Assembly (NCBI RefSeq): GCF_006345805.1
Contig: NC_043010.1
Coordinates: 38,192,001 to 38,256,000 of the forward strand
Reading direction: 5' to 3'
Length of the DNA stretch: 64,000 nucleotides
DNA from: Octopus sinensis
Lineage: Eukaryota
Part shown: one piece after another, positions 49,561-60,968 of the stretch
Layout: each line of letters starts with the position of its first letter
How positions within the stretch are numbered: position 1 is the stretch's first letter
The notes under the pieces: generated by a model
What the model was told of the DNA's origin: nothing
Database searches by the model: none
The model's input: the letters and a program-made list of their open reading frames with translations, nothing else
Position numbers and translations under genes: made by a program

Positions 49561-52500
49561 GTGATGGCTATTCACATTGGTTGTTTAAATGTTCATGGCC
49601 TGTTGTCAAGCTGGAAGCAAGGACGCTTTCTGAATGACATCAGGTCGAGAAATTTGGATATAATTGTTGCAACGGAAACCCGGGTGAAGGGGCCAAGAGA
49701 TCTGCTCCCCCTCCTGAACGGCTACGAGAAATACGTTTCTCCGAGTCGGGCGGGAGGTGGGGGTGGGGTGTTGGTCATACTAAAAAGAAACCAGGTAGCC
49801 GAGAAAAAGTTGGTTTTTTCTGACCCAGAAGGCAGGCTGGTCGTTCTCGACTTGACATTCAGTTGTGGCAAGACAATCAGGCTGGTTGCTATTTACGCAC
49901 CAAACATTATTGGCCCGCAAACTGAATATTTTCGTGGCCTAGGAAAGTTCCTAGCCATGTCGCATTCACTAGTAGTGTTAGGAGACTCTAATACAATATG
50001 TGCAGCACACACAGATTGTGTTGGCTCAAACTCGAACATGAACAGAAAATGTAACCCAGGCTTTCGGGATCTGCTAAGTCAATTTCAACTAGCAGATCCA
50101 TATAGGTTGGCGCACCCGAACACTCCACAGTGGACGTGGTCAAATAGTGACGGGTCTACCAGAACATATCTAGATAGGATTTTAATTAGAGAAAAAGATA
50201 AGTCCATAGTTGAGTGTCCACAGTTTTTTCTAGTCAGCTACAGTGACCACAAGATGGTTACCTGTAAACTGACGGTAGATAAGTTGCATAGACAGGGATC
50301 TGGCTACTGGAAACTCAATACGTCCCTGTTGGCGATTGAGTACAGAAAGCGGGTCAAGATGTTAATACAGAGGGCATTAACAGGTACCATCATTAATAAC
50401 AAATGGTGGTACGCCCTAAAAAGAGCCATCAAATATGAGTCTATTAGGTTTAGCATAAGTTTAGCTAAGAAGGGACGTAAAATAGGAGATGGTCTAGTTA
50501 AGGAACTAGAAGAAGCCTGGAGAACTGGTAATACAGACCAAGCGAGGGTGAAAAGACTGGAGTTAAACCAGCATCTTGAAGCCCACCACTTGGGAAGTAT
50601 TACCAGAGCTAAGTTACGTGCAATGGGAAGTGAAGGAATCAAAGCCGCTGGATGGGCCCGAGTGGTGGAAGCTCAGCAAGGAAATAGTTCCTCTATTCGG
50701 TCTTTGACGAATCAAAATAGTGTCTTGGTAAACGAACCCGAGAAAATGTGTGAGGCCTTTCGGGAGTACTTCGCCCAGCTGTTCGGGGGTGACGGCAGTC
50801 CTGGTGGTGGGAGAGCCCTCGAGGACTTTCTTACCGGGCTGCCGTGCCTCTCGGGGTCGGATGCGGAGTCTTGCGAAGGGCCAATCACACCTGAGGAGGT
50901 GATGGAGGCTTTGGCCGATTGTAAAGCGGGTAAGTCACCAGGACTTGATGGTCTTCCGTACGAGCTGTATAAATGTATGCCAGACTTGTTCGGGCAACTA
51001 CTGACTGACGTGTACGCAAACTGGAAACAGAATGGGTTTATCCCCAGATCTGTGCGCCGGGGAGTAGTGACGTTGGTCAGAAAGGACCCGGACAAGGGGG
51101 ACGTTCTAGAGAATTTCAGGCCCATCACTCTGTTAAACGCAGAAGTGAAGATTTTGGCCAAGGTTCTAGCAAAAAGGTGGCGTGTGTCGCGAATGGTATA
51201 GTCGGGGAGGCACAGACATGTGCCATCCCAGGCAGAACCATTCAGGATACCCTCCATCTTATTCGCTATACCATAGAGAGGATTGGTAATAAATCTGGCA
51301 AAGGTGGAGCATTGGTGCATTTGGACCAGTCTAAAGCTTTTGATAGGGTTGACCATCGATACCTAGCGACTGTACTTGTGCGGTTTGGCCTGGGCCTTGG
51401 CTTCCTCAGGTGGTTTATCGCTTTGTACCACAACATTGACTCGATAGTTCGGGTGAACGGTTTCCTTTCGAAGCCGTTCTGCATCAGACGCTCGGTTCGT
51501 CAAGGATGTCCGCTTTCACCACTTTTGTATGTGATGGCTCTCGAGCCATTACTGCAAAGGTTGAGTGCATCCGAGAGAACCAGGACTAGAGGAGTTTGTT
51601 ACGGCTTTCGCGGATGATATCACTATCAGTGTAACCACAGTGGCACGCCTACGTGAAGTAGGTAAGACTATTGAGGCTTACAAGGAGGTAGCAGGAGCAA
51701 AGATTAACCGGGAAAAGTCGGTCGGCTTGCAGCTCGGCACCTGGGTTGGCAAGTCGATGCCTTCAGACAGTGTTGTTAGGCACTGGACGGAGGGACCGGT
51801 TAAGTTGCTGGGAGTCTGGTTTGGACCAGGCCTCCAGATAGAGAAGAACTGGACGGAGGTATTGAGCAGGTGGCTGCAGTAGTCAAGACCTGGTCTTGGC
51901 GGTGGCTATCCCTGAAAGGGAGGGCGGAGGTGGCCAATGTGTTTATCGCATCGGTCATTACCTACCGCCTGACCGTCGTGCCCTGTCCGGATTCGTGGTT
52001 GATCAGGTTGGAGAGACAGCTCTTTCGCTGTTTGTGGAAGGGCAGGTCGCCACTTGTGAAACGCTCTGTCTGCTGTCAAAAGCCTTTAAATGGAGGTTTA
52101 GGGATGCCTTGGTTAATGATGCGCAGACATGCGTTGAGGTTGAGGCACCTCTGGATTCTCCTGGATAGTGAACGGGTGTGGTCTCCACTGGCCAGACAAA
52201 TGTTCCCTGAGTTCAAGAGTTTTTGCGAGCAGGAAGCCTGGTGTTCTCGTAGACCGAGGTTGAGTGAGTGGCATAAAGAGTGCCGTAAGGCCCTCTTGCT
52301 GTTCCGGCGCTCGAGCAACGCCAGCGGTGGGGGTTCCACACGGATTTTATATAGTGGGTTGGTAGAGTCTGAATGCGACGATGGCCTGGGGTCGACTCTA
52401 GGTCTCGGATTTATTCAACTGGACAGCTTGTTTCATCGTACATTCGGATTGAGAACGTTGGACAACTTCCAAAAGTCCTTAACCTGGCAATGCTACAGAG

Positions 52501-53027
52501 GTACCTTGCCCGTTTGGGATAAGCTCGCAAGACATGGTAAACGTCAGTCGCCGACCTGTCCAAGATGCAGGGGGTACAGGGAAACCGTCCCTCACGCTAT
52601 TGTTCAGTGTCCGGAGATAACTGAAATGTGGGCTTATGCTGAACATCTGTTGTCCGGCGAAGGAAGAGTACGGCTGTCGACTGAGTCAATTATAAAAATT
52701 GACCCACCGGGAGTTCTAACGAACGAAGGTAAGAATTGTTTTCTCACGGTTGTAGCAATAGCAAAAGAGGCTGTATGGAAGACTAGGATAAAAGGAATTA
52801 AGACAGGCAACTTTATCTCTGGTGACAATTTACGATCCTTTTTTTCTTTTCATTTGAAAAGGAAACTGTGGCTGGAGAAGAAGTGTCTGTCAGAGTGTAC
52901 GTTCCAAAAGAGATGGAAGTATGTTGCATGTGCAAGGAACCGTGTGAATAGACGAGGAAAAAAAAAAAGGAAAAATAAAAAGGTATCAGCGGTAGATCGG
53001 GGCTTGTGGGATCGGAGCGTAACTTGA
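49561..53027 (+). pseudogene. ORF2: APE-type endonuclease, reverse transcriptase and C-terminal zinc motif; three frameshifts
   Basis: CLNVHGL, IYAPN, LGDSN, YLDRI, SDHKMV; KSPGLDGLPYELY, NFRPITLLN, LDQSKAFDRVDH, RQGCPLSPLLY, FADDITI; CPRC...ETVPHAIVQC (ORFs 49561-51201, 51177-51617, 51565-51882, 51870-53027). Confidence 0.92.
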
Positions 53028-53198
53028 TCATCGCTTCATTTGTATTGTTTTTGTACTGTGTATTCCATTCGATTTTTATGTATTGTATTTTATTTTTGAT
53101 GTCACATTTATGTAAAATCATATCGATTCACTGATCCCATCAGTTGTACTGTCCATATCTATGTTTGGCCCCCGGTGGGCAATAAAGAAATTCGTATT

Positions 53199-54690
53199 GT
53201 GTTCGTGGTGAAAATTGCTATTTCTTGGTGTTAATATCTGTTGTTACTTGTTAAATTACTTAACTGTTGGAGTTTTCATTTGTAAACACTTAGTGCTAGT
53301 AGTAGCACACATTGTTCATTCCCCCGTTGGGGGGTAGAATGTCGTCTAGCAAGGAGCCTACTGTTGGAGCAGATATGTTTGTTTATCCTGTTGAGAAGAG
53401 GAATTACATGTCCGGCGAGGAGCCAATTACAAACAGATGAATAATGGTTTCCCCCGTTACAAGAAGGAATAGCTGAATGGATAATTTATTTGATTTTTTT
53501 GGAGATGTGTCTGAAAGCGTGTCAGAACTTTCCCTAGACAAGTTTCCGAATTTGCCAGAGAACAAGGGCATAGTGTCTAAAAGAATTATTGATGTACCTA
53601 GCATCCAGACAGAACCAAAAACTGGAAAAAAAAAGTTTTGCGTTGGCAGCTGGGGGTGGAACCTGGCTGCTTTCAACGAATAAGAGTGACTATGAAATAC
53701 AGCCAAATGATGAAAATAACTGACAACATTGTTAAAATTCAACCTCCAGAAAAGTTACTACAAGAAGAATTCAAAACTTATTGTTTACAACAAAGAAAAA
53801 TTGAAAGAATGTCAGATGAGAAAATAGAAAGGTGCTTGAAGCCAATATGGGGCGACGTAGTTTATCTGGGAAGAGGTAAGAAATTCGGAACGGTGGAAGT
53901 AAGGTTCACCAACAAAGAAATCACAACAAAAGAACTCAGTAGAAATGCTGAAAAAACGAACGACGTGGAGCTCATCCCCACCTATATGGGATGATAGAAC
54001 ATCCAATATTAAAATCACAAGGGTCCCACCGGAAGTGGATCCATGTGGTTGGTGGCGGCAGTCCTAAACAAATAGGAAGAGAAAATTACTCTCCTCCAGG
54101 CCACCGCTACCAAAAACGCTACCTGGACTGGTCAAACAATTAGTCTCCTCATCCAGGCTGAGAGACATTCAATTGATTAAGACTGCAAAAAAAAAAATAG
54201 ATAACCTTTCGGATAAATTTACCAACTATGACGTGTATGAAGTCTCAAATAAGACTCATAGAATTATACAGAACAAATACCATAAGACAGTATCATCAAT
54301 GAGATTGGACTTTAATAATTCTATATTTCATGGATTACCAGCCCAGATCCCGCGAGAAAAGGAAAAGGTGGAGACTCCCCCTCCACCTGATAATTCTGTG
54401 TCAGTAATGACACAGGATTTTAACAAATCCATTTCCGAAGACCTGTCACCTCCGGCCTTGTATCAAGAAAAGGTGGAGGGTCCCTCTCCACCGGACAGCA
54501 CTGATTAACAGGTAAGCCATGACTATTCACATTGGTTATGCAAATGTTCGTGGCCTGATGTCTGGCTGGAAGCAAGGACGCTCTATAAATGACATCAGAT
54601 CAAGAAATTTGGATGTAATTGTTGCAACGGAATCCCGGGTAAAGGGGCCAAGAGATCTGCTCCCATGCCTGAATGGCTTCGAAAAATACG
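53199..54690 (+). mobile_element. Tx1-like copy 2: 5' UTR, knuckle-deleted ORF1, first ~55 codons of ORF2
   Basis: Starts GTGTTCGTG like copy 1 and is colinear with 47861-49730. Confidence 0.88.
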
Positions 54691-56054
54691 AGGAGCCTAC
54701 GGTTAGAACAGAAATGTTTGTTTCTCCTGTTGGAAGGAAGAATTACATGTTGTTTGGCGAGGAGCCAACTACAAACAAAGAAATATTGGATTCCCCTGAA
54801 AATGGAATTTTTGATTCCACTGTTGCAAAAAAGAATGACAAAATGTATGAGTTATTTAGAGATGTATCTGAAAGCTCATCAGAACTTTCACTAGAAGAAT
54901 TCCCAAGTTTGCCAAAAAACAAAAGTATTGTGTCCAAAAGAATAATCCAAACTGAACAAACGAAAAAAGAGAGAAAAAGTTTTGCGTTGGCAGCTGGGGG
55001 AGGAACCCGGCTGCTTTTGACGAATAAGAGTGACTTTATGAAATACAGCCAAATGATGAAAATAAATGACAACGTTGTTAAAATTCAACCTCTGGAAAAG
55101 TTACTACAAGAAGAAAAACAAAAAAAAACAATAGTTTTCAAAACTTATTGTTTATAAAAAAGAAAAATTAAGAAAATTACAGAAGAGAAGATAGAAAAGT
55201 GCTTGAAGCCAATATGGTGCAACGTAGTTTATCTGAGAAGAGGCAAGAAATTCGGAACGGTGGAAGTAAGGTTCACCAACAAAGAAATCGCACAAAAGAA
55301 CTCAGTAGAAATGCTGAAAACGAAAAACGTGGAGCTCATCCCCACCTATGTGGGGATGAGAACATCCAGAATTAAAATCACATGGGTCCCACCGGAAGTG
55401 GATCCCATGTGGTTGGTGGCGGCAGTCCTAAACAAATAGGAAGAGAAAATTACTCTCCTCAGGCTGACGCTACCAAAAACGCTACCTGGACTGGTCAAAC
55501 AATTAGTCTCCTCATCCAGACTGATGAGAGACATTCAACTGATTAAGTTCTGGAAAAAAATAGATACCCTTTCGGAGAAATTTACCAACTATGATGCGTA
55601 TGAAGTCTCAAATAAGATTCATAGAATTTTACAAAACAAATACCAAAAGACAGTATCATCAATGAGATTAGATTTTAACAAGTCTATATTTCATGGATTA
55701 CCAGCCCCGATCCCACGAGAAAAGGAAAAGGTGGAGACTCCCCCTCCACCTGATAATTCTGTGTCAGTAATGACACAGGATTTTAACAAATATATTTCCC
55801 AAGACCGGTCACCTCCAACCCTGTATCAAAAAGAGGTGGAGGGTCCCTCTCAACCGGACAGCTCTGATTAACAGGTAAGTCATGACTATTCACATTAGTT
55901 GTGCAAAAGTTCATGGCCTGATGTCTGGCTGGAAGCAAGGATGCTTCCTAAATGGCATCAGGTCAAGAAATTTGGATGTAATTGTTGCATCGGAAATTCG
56001 GGTGAAAGGAGCCAAGAGATCTGCTCCCATGCCTGAATGGCTTCGAAAAATACG
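54691..56054 (+). mobile_element. Tx1-like copy 3: 1364-bp tandem unit (late 5' UTR, deleted ORF1, ORF2 start)
   Basis: Bounded by identical junctions GAAAAATACG|AGGAGCCTAC at 54691 and 56055. Confidence 0.88.
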
Positions 56055-59000
56055 AGGAGCCTACCGTTGGAACAGAAATGTTTGTTTCTCTTGTTGGAAG
56101 GAAGAATTACATGTTGTTTGGTGAGGAGCCAACTACAAACAAAGAAATATTGGATTTCCCCGAAAATGGAATTTTTGATTCCACCGTTGCAAAAAAGAAT
56201 GACAAAATGTATGAGTTATTTGGAGATGTGTCTGAAAGCTCATCAGAACTTTCACTAGAAGAATTCCCTAGTTTGCCAAAAAACAAAAGAATAATCCAAA
56301 CTGAACCGAAAGAAGAAAAAAAACTCTTGCGTTGGCAGCTGGGAGTGGAACCTGGCTGCTTTCGACGAATAAGAGTGACTTTATGAAATACAGCCAAATG
56401 ATGAAAATAAATGACAACGTTGTAAAAATTCAACCTCCGGAAAAGTTACAAGAAGAAAAACAAAAAAAACAATAGTTTTCAAAACTTATTGCTTATAAAA
56501 GAGAAAAATTGAGAAAATTACAGAAGAGAAGATAGAAACGTGCTTGAAGCCAATATGGTGCGACATAGTTTATCTGTGAAGAGGCAAGAAATTCGGAACG
56601 GTGGAAGTAAGGTTCACCAACAAAGAAATCGCACAAAAGAACTCAGTAGAAATGCTGAAAACGAACGATGTGGAGCTCATCCCCACCTATGTGGGGATGA
56701 GAACATCCAGAACTAAAATCACAAGGGTCCCACCGGAAGTGGATCCTATGTGGTTGGTGGCGGCAGTCCTAATCAAACAGGAAGAGAAAATTACTCTCCT
56801 CCAGGCTGACGCTACCAAAAGCGTTACCTGGACTGGTCAAACAATTAGTCTCCTTATCCAGGCTGATGAGAGACATTCAACTGATTAAGTCTGGAAAAAA
56901 ATAGATAACCTTTCGGAGAAATTTACCAACTATGATGCATATGAAGTCTCAAATAAGACTCATAGAATTTTACAAAACAAATACCAAAAGACAGTATCAT
57001 CAATGAGATTAGATTTTAACAAGTCTATATTTCATGGATTACCAGCCCCGATCCCGCGAGAAAAGAAAAAGGAGGAGACTTCCCCCCCCCACCTGATAAT
57101 TCTGTGTCAGTAATGACACAGGATTTTAACAAATATATTTCCCAAGACCTGTCACTTCCAACCCTGTATCAAAAAGAGGTGGAGGGTCCCTCTTCACCAG
57201 ACAGCTCTGATTAACAGGTAAGTCATGTCTATTCACATTGGCTGTGTAAATGTTTGTGGCCTGATGTCTGGCTGGAAGCAAGGGCACTTCCTAAATGACA
57301 TTAGGTTAAAAAAAATGGATGTGATTGTTGCAACAGAAACCCGGGTAAAGGGGCCAAGAGATCTGCTCCCCCTCCTGAACGGCTATGAGAAACACGTTTT
57401 TCCAAGTCAGGTGGAGGTGGGGATGGGGTAGTGGTCCTACTAAAAAGAAACCGGGTAGCCGAGAAAAAGTTGTTTTTTTCTGACCCAGAAGGCAGGTTGG
57501 TCGTTCTTGACCTGACATTTAGTTGTGGCAAGATAATCAGGCTGGTCGTTATTCATGCACCCAACATTGTGGGCACACAAAGCGAATATTTTCGTGACCT
57601 GGGAAAGTTCCTAGCCACATCACATTCGCTAGTATTGTTAGGAGACTTTAACACAATATGTTAAGCACACAGAGATTGTGTTGGCTTGAACATGAGCAGA
57701 AAATGTAACCCAGGCTTACGGAATCTGCTAAGTCAATTTCAGCTAGCAGATCCATATAGGTTGGAACACCCAAACACTCCACAGTGGACCTGGTCAAATA
57801 GTGATGGGTCTTCCAGAACATATCTAGATAGGATTTTAATTAGATAAACAGTTAAGTCCATAGCTGAGTGTCCACAGCTTTTTCTAGTCAGCTACAGTGA
57901 CCACAGGATGGTTACCTGATCGTGCCTAGGAGGTGATGGAGGCTATGGCTGATTGTAAAGCGGGTAAGTCACCGGTACTTGATGGTCTTCTTTACGAGCT
58001 ATATAAATGTATGCCAGATTTGTTCGGGCACCTACTGGCTAGCTTGTACGCAAACTGGCAACAGATTTATCTCCAGATCTGTGTGCCGGGGAGTAGTGAC
58101 GTTTATCAGAAAGGATGCAGACAAGGGGGACATTTTAGATAATTTCAGGTTCATCACTCTGTTAAATGCAGAAGTAAAGATTCTGGCCAAGGTTTTAGCA
58201 AAAATGTTGGCACGTCTTGCGAATCGTATAGTCGGGGAGGCACAGACATGTGCCATCCCAGGCAGAACCCTTCAGGATAATCTCCATCCTATTCGCTATA
58301 CCATAGAGAGGGCTGGTGATAAATCTGGCAAAAGTGGAGCATTGGTGCATTTACACCAATCTAAAGCTTTTGATAGGGTTGACCATCATTACCTGGTGAC
58401 TGTGCTTGCGCAGTTTGGCCTGGGCCTTGGCTTCTTCAGGTGGCTCATCACTCTGTATCACAACATTGACTCGATAGTTTGGGTGAACGGTTTCCTTTTG
58501 AAGCCATTCTGCATCAGACGCTCAATTCGTCAAGGATGTCTTCTCTGACTACTTTTGTATGGGGTGGCTCTTGAGCCCCTACTGTGAAAGTCGAATAATA
58601 TCCTGAGAGAACCAGGTTTAGAGGAGTTTGTTTCAGCTTACGCGGATGATATCACTATCAGCATTACCACAGTAGCACGCCTACATGAAATGGGTAAGGC
58701 TATTGAGGTTTATGAGATGGTGGCAGGAAAAGTCGGTCAGCTTGCAGCTCGGCACCTGGGTTGGCATGTTGATGCCTTCAGACAGCGTTGTTGGGCGCTG
58801 TATGGAGGGACTGGTTAAATTGCTGGGAGTCTGGTTTGGACCAGGCCTCCAAATAAAGAACTGAACGGAAGTTTCGAACAGGGTGGCTGCAATAGTCAAG
58901 ACCTGGTCTTGGTGGTCGCTATCCCTGAAAACGAGGGCGGAGGTGGCCAATGTGTTTATCACATCAGTCATTACCTACTGTCTGACCGTCGTGCCCTGTC

Positions 59001-59768
59001 TGGATTCATAAGTGATCAGGTTGGAGAGGCAGCTCTTTCGCTTTTTGTGGAAGGGCAGGTCACCACTTGTGAAATGCTCTATCTGTTGTCAGAAGCTGTT
59101 AAAGGGAGATTAAGAGATGCCTTGGTCAATAATGTGCAGGCATGCGTTGAAGTTAAAGCATCTCTGGATTCTCCTGGATGGTGAACGGGTGTGGTCTCCG
59201 TTAGCCAGACAAAAGTTTTTGCGAACAGGAAGCCTGGTGTTCCCATAGAGCGAGGTCGAGTAAGTGGTATATGGAGTGTCGTAAGGCCCTCCTGCTATTC
59301 TGGTGCTCGGGCAATGCCAGTGGTGGGGGTTTTACATGTTTTTTATATAGTGGGTTGGTAGAGTCTGAATGTGACGGTAGCCTGGGAGCGACTCTCAGTC
59401 TTGGGCATATTCAATTTGAAAGCCTGTTCCACCGTACATTCGGGTTGAGAACGTTGGACAATTTCCAAAAGTCCTTGACCTGGCAATGTTACAGGGGCGC
59501 CTTGCCTGTTTGGGATAAACTCACATGACATGGAAAGTCTCACTGTCCAACCTGTCCAAGATGCGGGAGTTGAAATAGGGAAACTGTCCCTTACGCTATT
59601 GTCCAGTGCCTGGAGATATCTGAAATGTGGGTTTATGCTGAACACCTGTTGTCTGGCAAAGGAAGAATACAGCTGTCGACTGGGTCAATTATAAAAATTG
59701 ACCCACCAGAATTTTTAACAAATGAAGGTAAGAATTGTTTTCTCACTGTTGTTGCCATAGCGAAAGAG
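56055..59768 (+). mobile_element. Tx1-like copy 4: deleted ORF1 and decayed ORF2 with a ~0.6-kb EN/RT-linker deletion at about 57918
   Basis: ORFs 57225, 57431, 57979 and 59271 parallel copy 1 ORF2. Confidence 0.88.
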
Positions 59769-59769
59769 T

Positions 59770-60353
59770 GAAATCATAGAAGAAACTGCAAAAAAATAGT
59801 CATATTTTAAACTCTAGTAAAGGAAAAGAAACTCAACAAAGCACCAGAAGAAGCTATAGAAAAATGCCTACAGCCGATCTGGCAGGACATAGAATACCTG
59901 ACCAGAGGGAAAGACTTTGCCACTGCAGTAGTTTATTTCAAGAGTGAAGAGAAAGCAAAAACACACTCAGTACAACCTTTGAGAACCACAGATGTTGTGT
60001 TGCTGCCAACATACTTAGGCAGGCACACATCAAAGATCACAGTAGAAGAGATCCCACCAGAAATGAACGTCTCATGGCTACTCCCAGCCCTTCTAATGGG
60101 GCTCGAAGAAAAAGTAACGATATTAGAGGTCTCAAAAATCCACCAGCAGAACTGGAAGGGGCAAGGCCTCGAGGTCATTATCCAAGTGGTGCAACAGACC
60201 CTGGAAAATATTGTAGAGAATATACACCTCAGAGAAGAAACCACCTTATGGGTAATAGTGGAGGGGAGGAGACCCCTGTGCTTCGAATGCAGAGAGAAGG
60301 GCCACATTTGGGCAAACTGTCCTACCCGTAAGGTGGAGACAGCCCATAAATAG
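59770..60353 (+). pseudogene. Divergent Tx1-type ORF1 fragment with an intact CCHC knuckle
   Basis: IEKCLQPIWQDIEYLTRGKDFATAVV...VEGRRPLCFECREKGHIWANC. Confidence 0.8.
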
Positions 60354-60474
60354 GATGCAGAAGAGGCAGAGACACAGAAGACCGACCAGCAAGCTCCCAG
60401 CAATGGAAACACTCAACCAACTGGGAGTGAAGAAGGATGGTCTACCGTAAAACCGAAATGGATCACCAACAGAG

Positions 60475-60812
60475 GGTAGGCAAGGCCATTGAGGAATACA
60501 ATACGGTGACAGGAGCAAAGGTTAATCTTGAAAAGTCAGTCGGCTTGCAGCTCAGCACCTAGAGAGACAAGTCGATGCCTCCTGACAGCATCATGGGGTG
60601 TTGGACAGAGGATCCAATTAAGTTGCTAGGAGTCTGGTTTGGACCAAGCCTCCAAATAGAGAAAAACTGGGCCGAGGTAGCGAGTAGGGTGGCCCAAACA
60701 GCCAAGACCTCACCTTGGCAGTGGCTATCCCTGAAAGGAAGGGTGTAGATGACCAATGTGTTTATCGCATCGGTCATCACCAACTGCCTAACCATCATTC
60801 CCTGCCCTGATT
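60475..60812 (+). pseudogene. Tx1-like ORF2 fragment (post-RT region)
   Basis: GAAAAGTCAGTCGGCTTGCAGCTC...TGGCTATCCCTGAAAGG parallels about 51660-51990. Confidence 0.8.
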
Positions 60813-60815
60813 AAC

Positions 60816-60968
60816 GGTATTTCATCTGTCTTCACCTGCCAACATCGACTTTGCCTTTCATCCTTTCGGGGATCAATAAATTATGTACCAGTTGCGTACT
60901 GGGGACAATCTAATCGACTGGCCCCCTCTCCCAAAAATGTCGGGCGTTGTGCCTAGAGTAGAAAAGAA
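60816..60968 (+). mobile_element. SINE B 3' part resuming at GGTATTTCATCTGTC
   Basis: CGACTTTGCCTTTCATCCTTTCGGGGATCAATAAATT...GTGCCTAGAGTAGAAAAG. Confidence 0.85.

Larger units (their letters stand above)
47861..53191 (+). mobile_element. Tx1/L1-clade non-LTR retrotransposon, full-length copy 1
   Basis: 5' UTR, ORF1 with CCHC knuckle, EN-RT-zinc ORF2 and 3' UTR ending GGGCAATAAAGAAAT. Confidence 0.9.

Noticed and set aside
50304-52828. Minus-strand ORFs of 60-214 aa overlapping LINE ORF2
   Set aside because: Antisense shadows of the RT frame with no recognisable motifs
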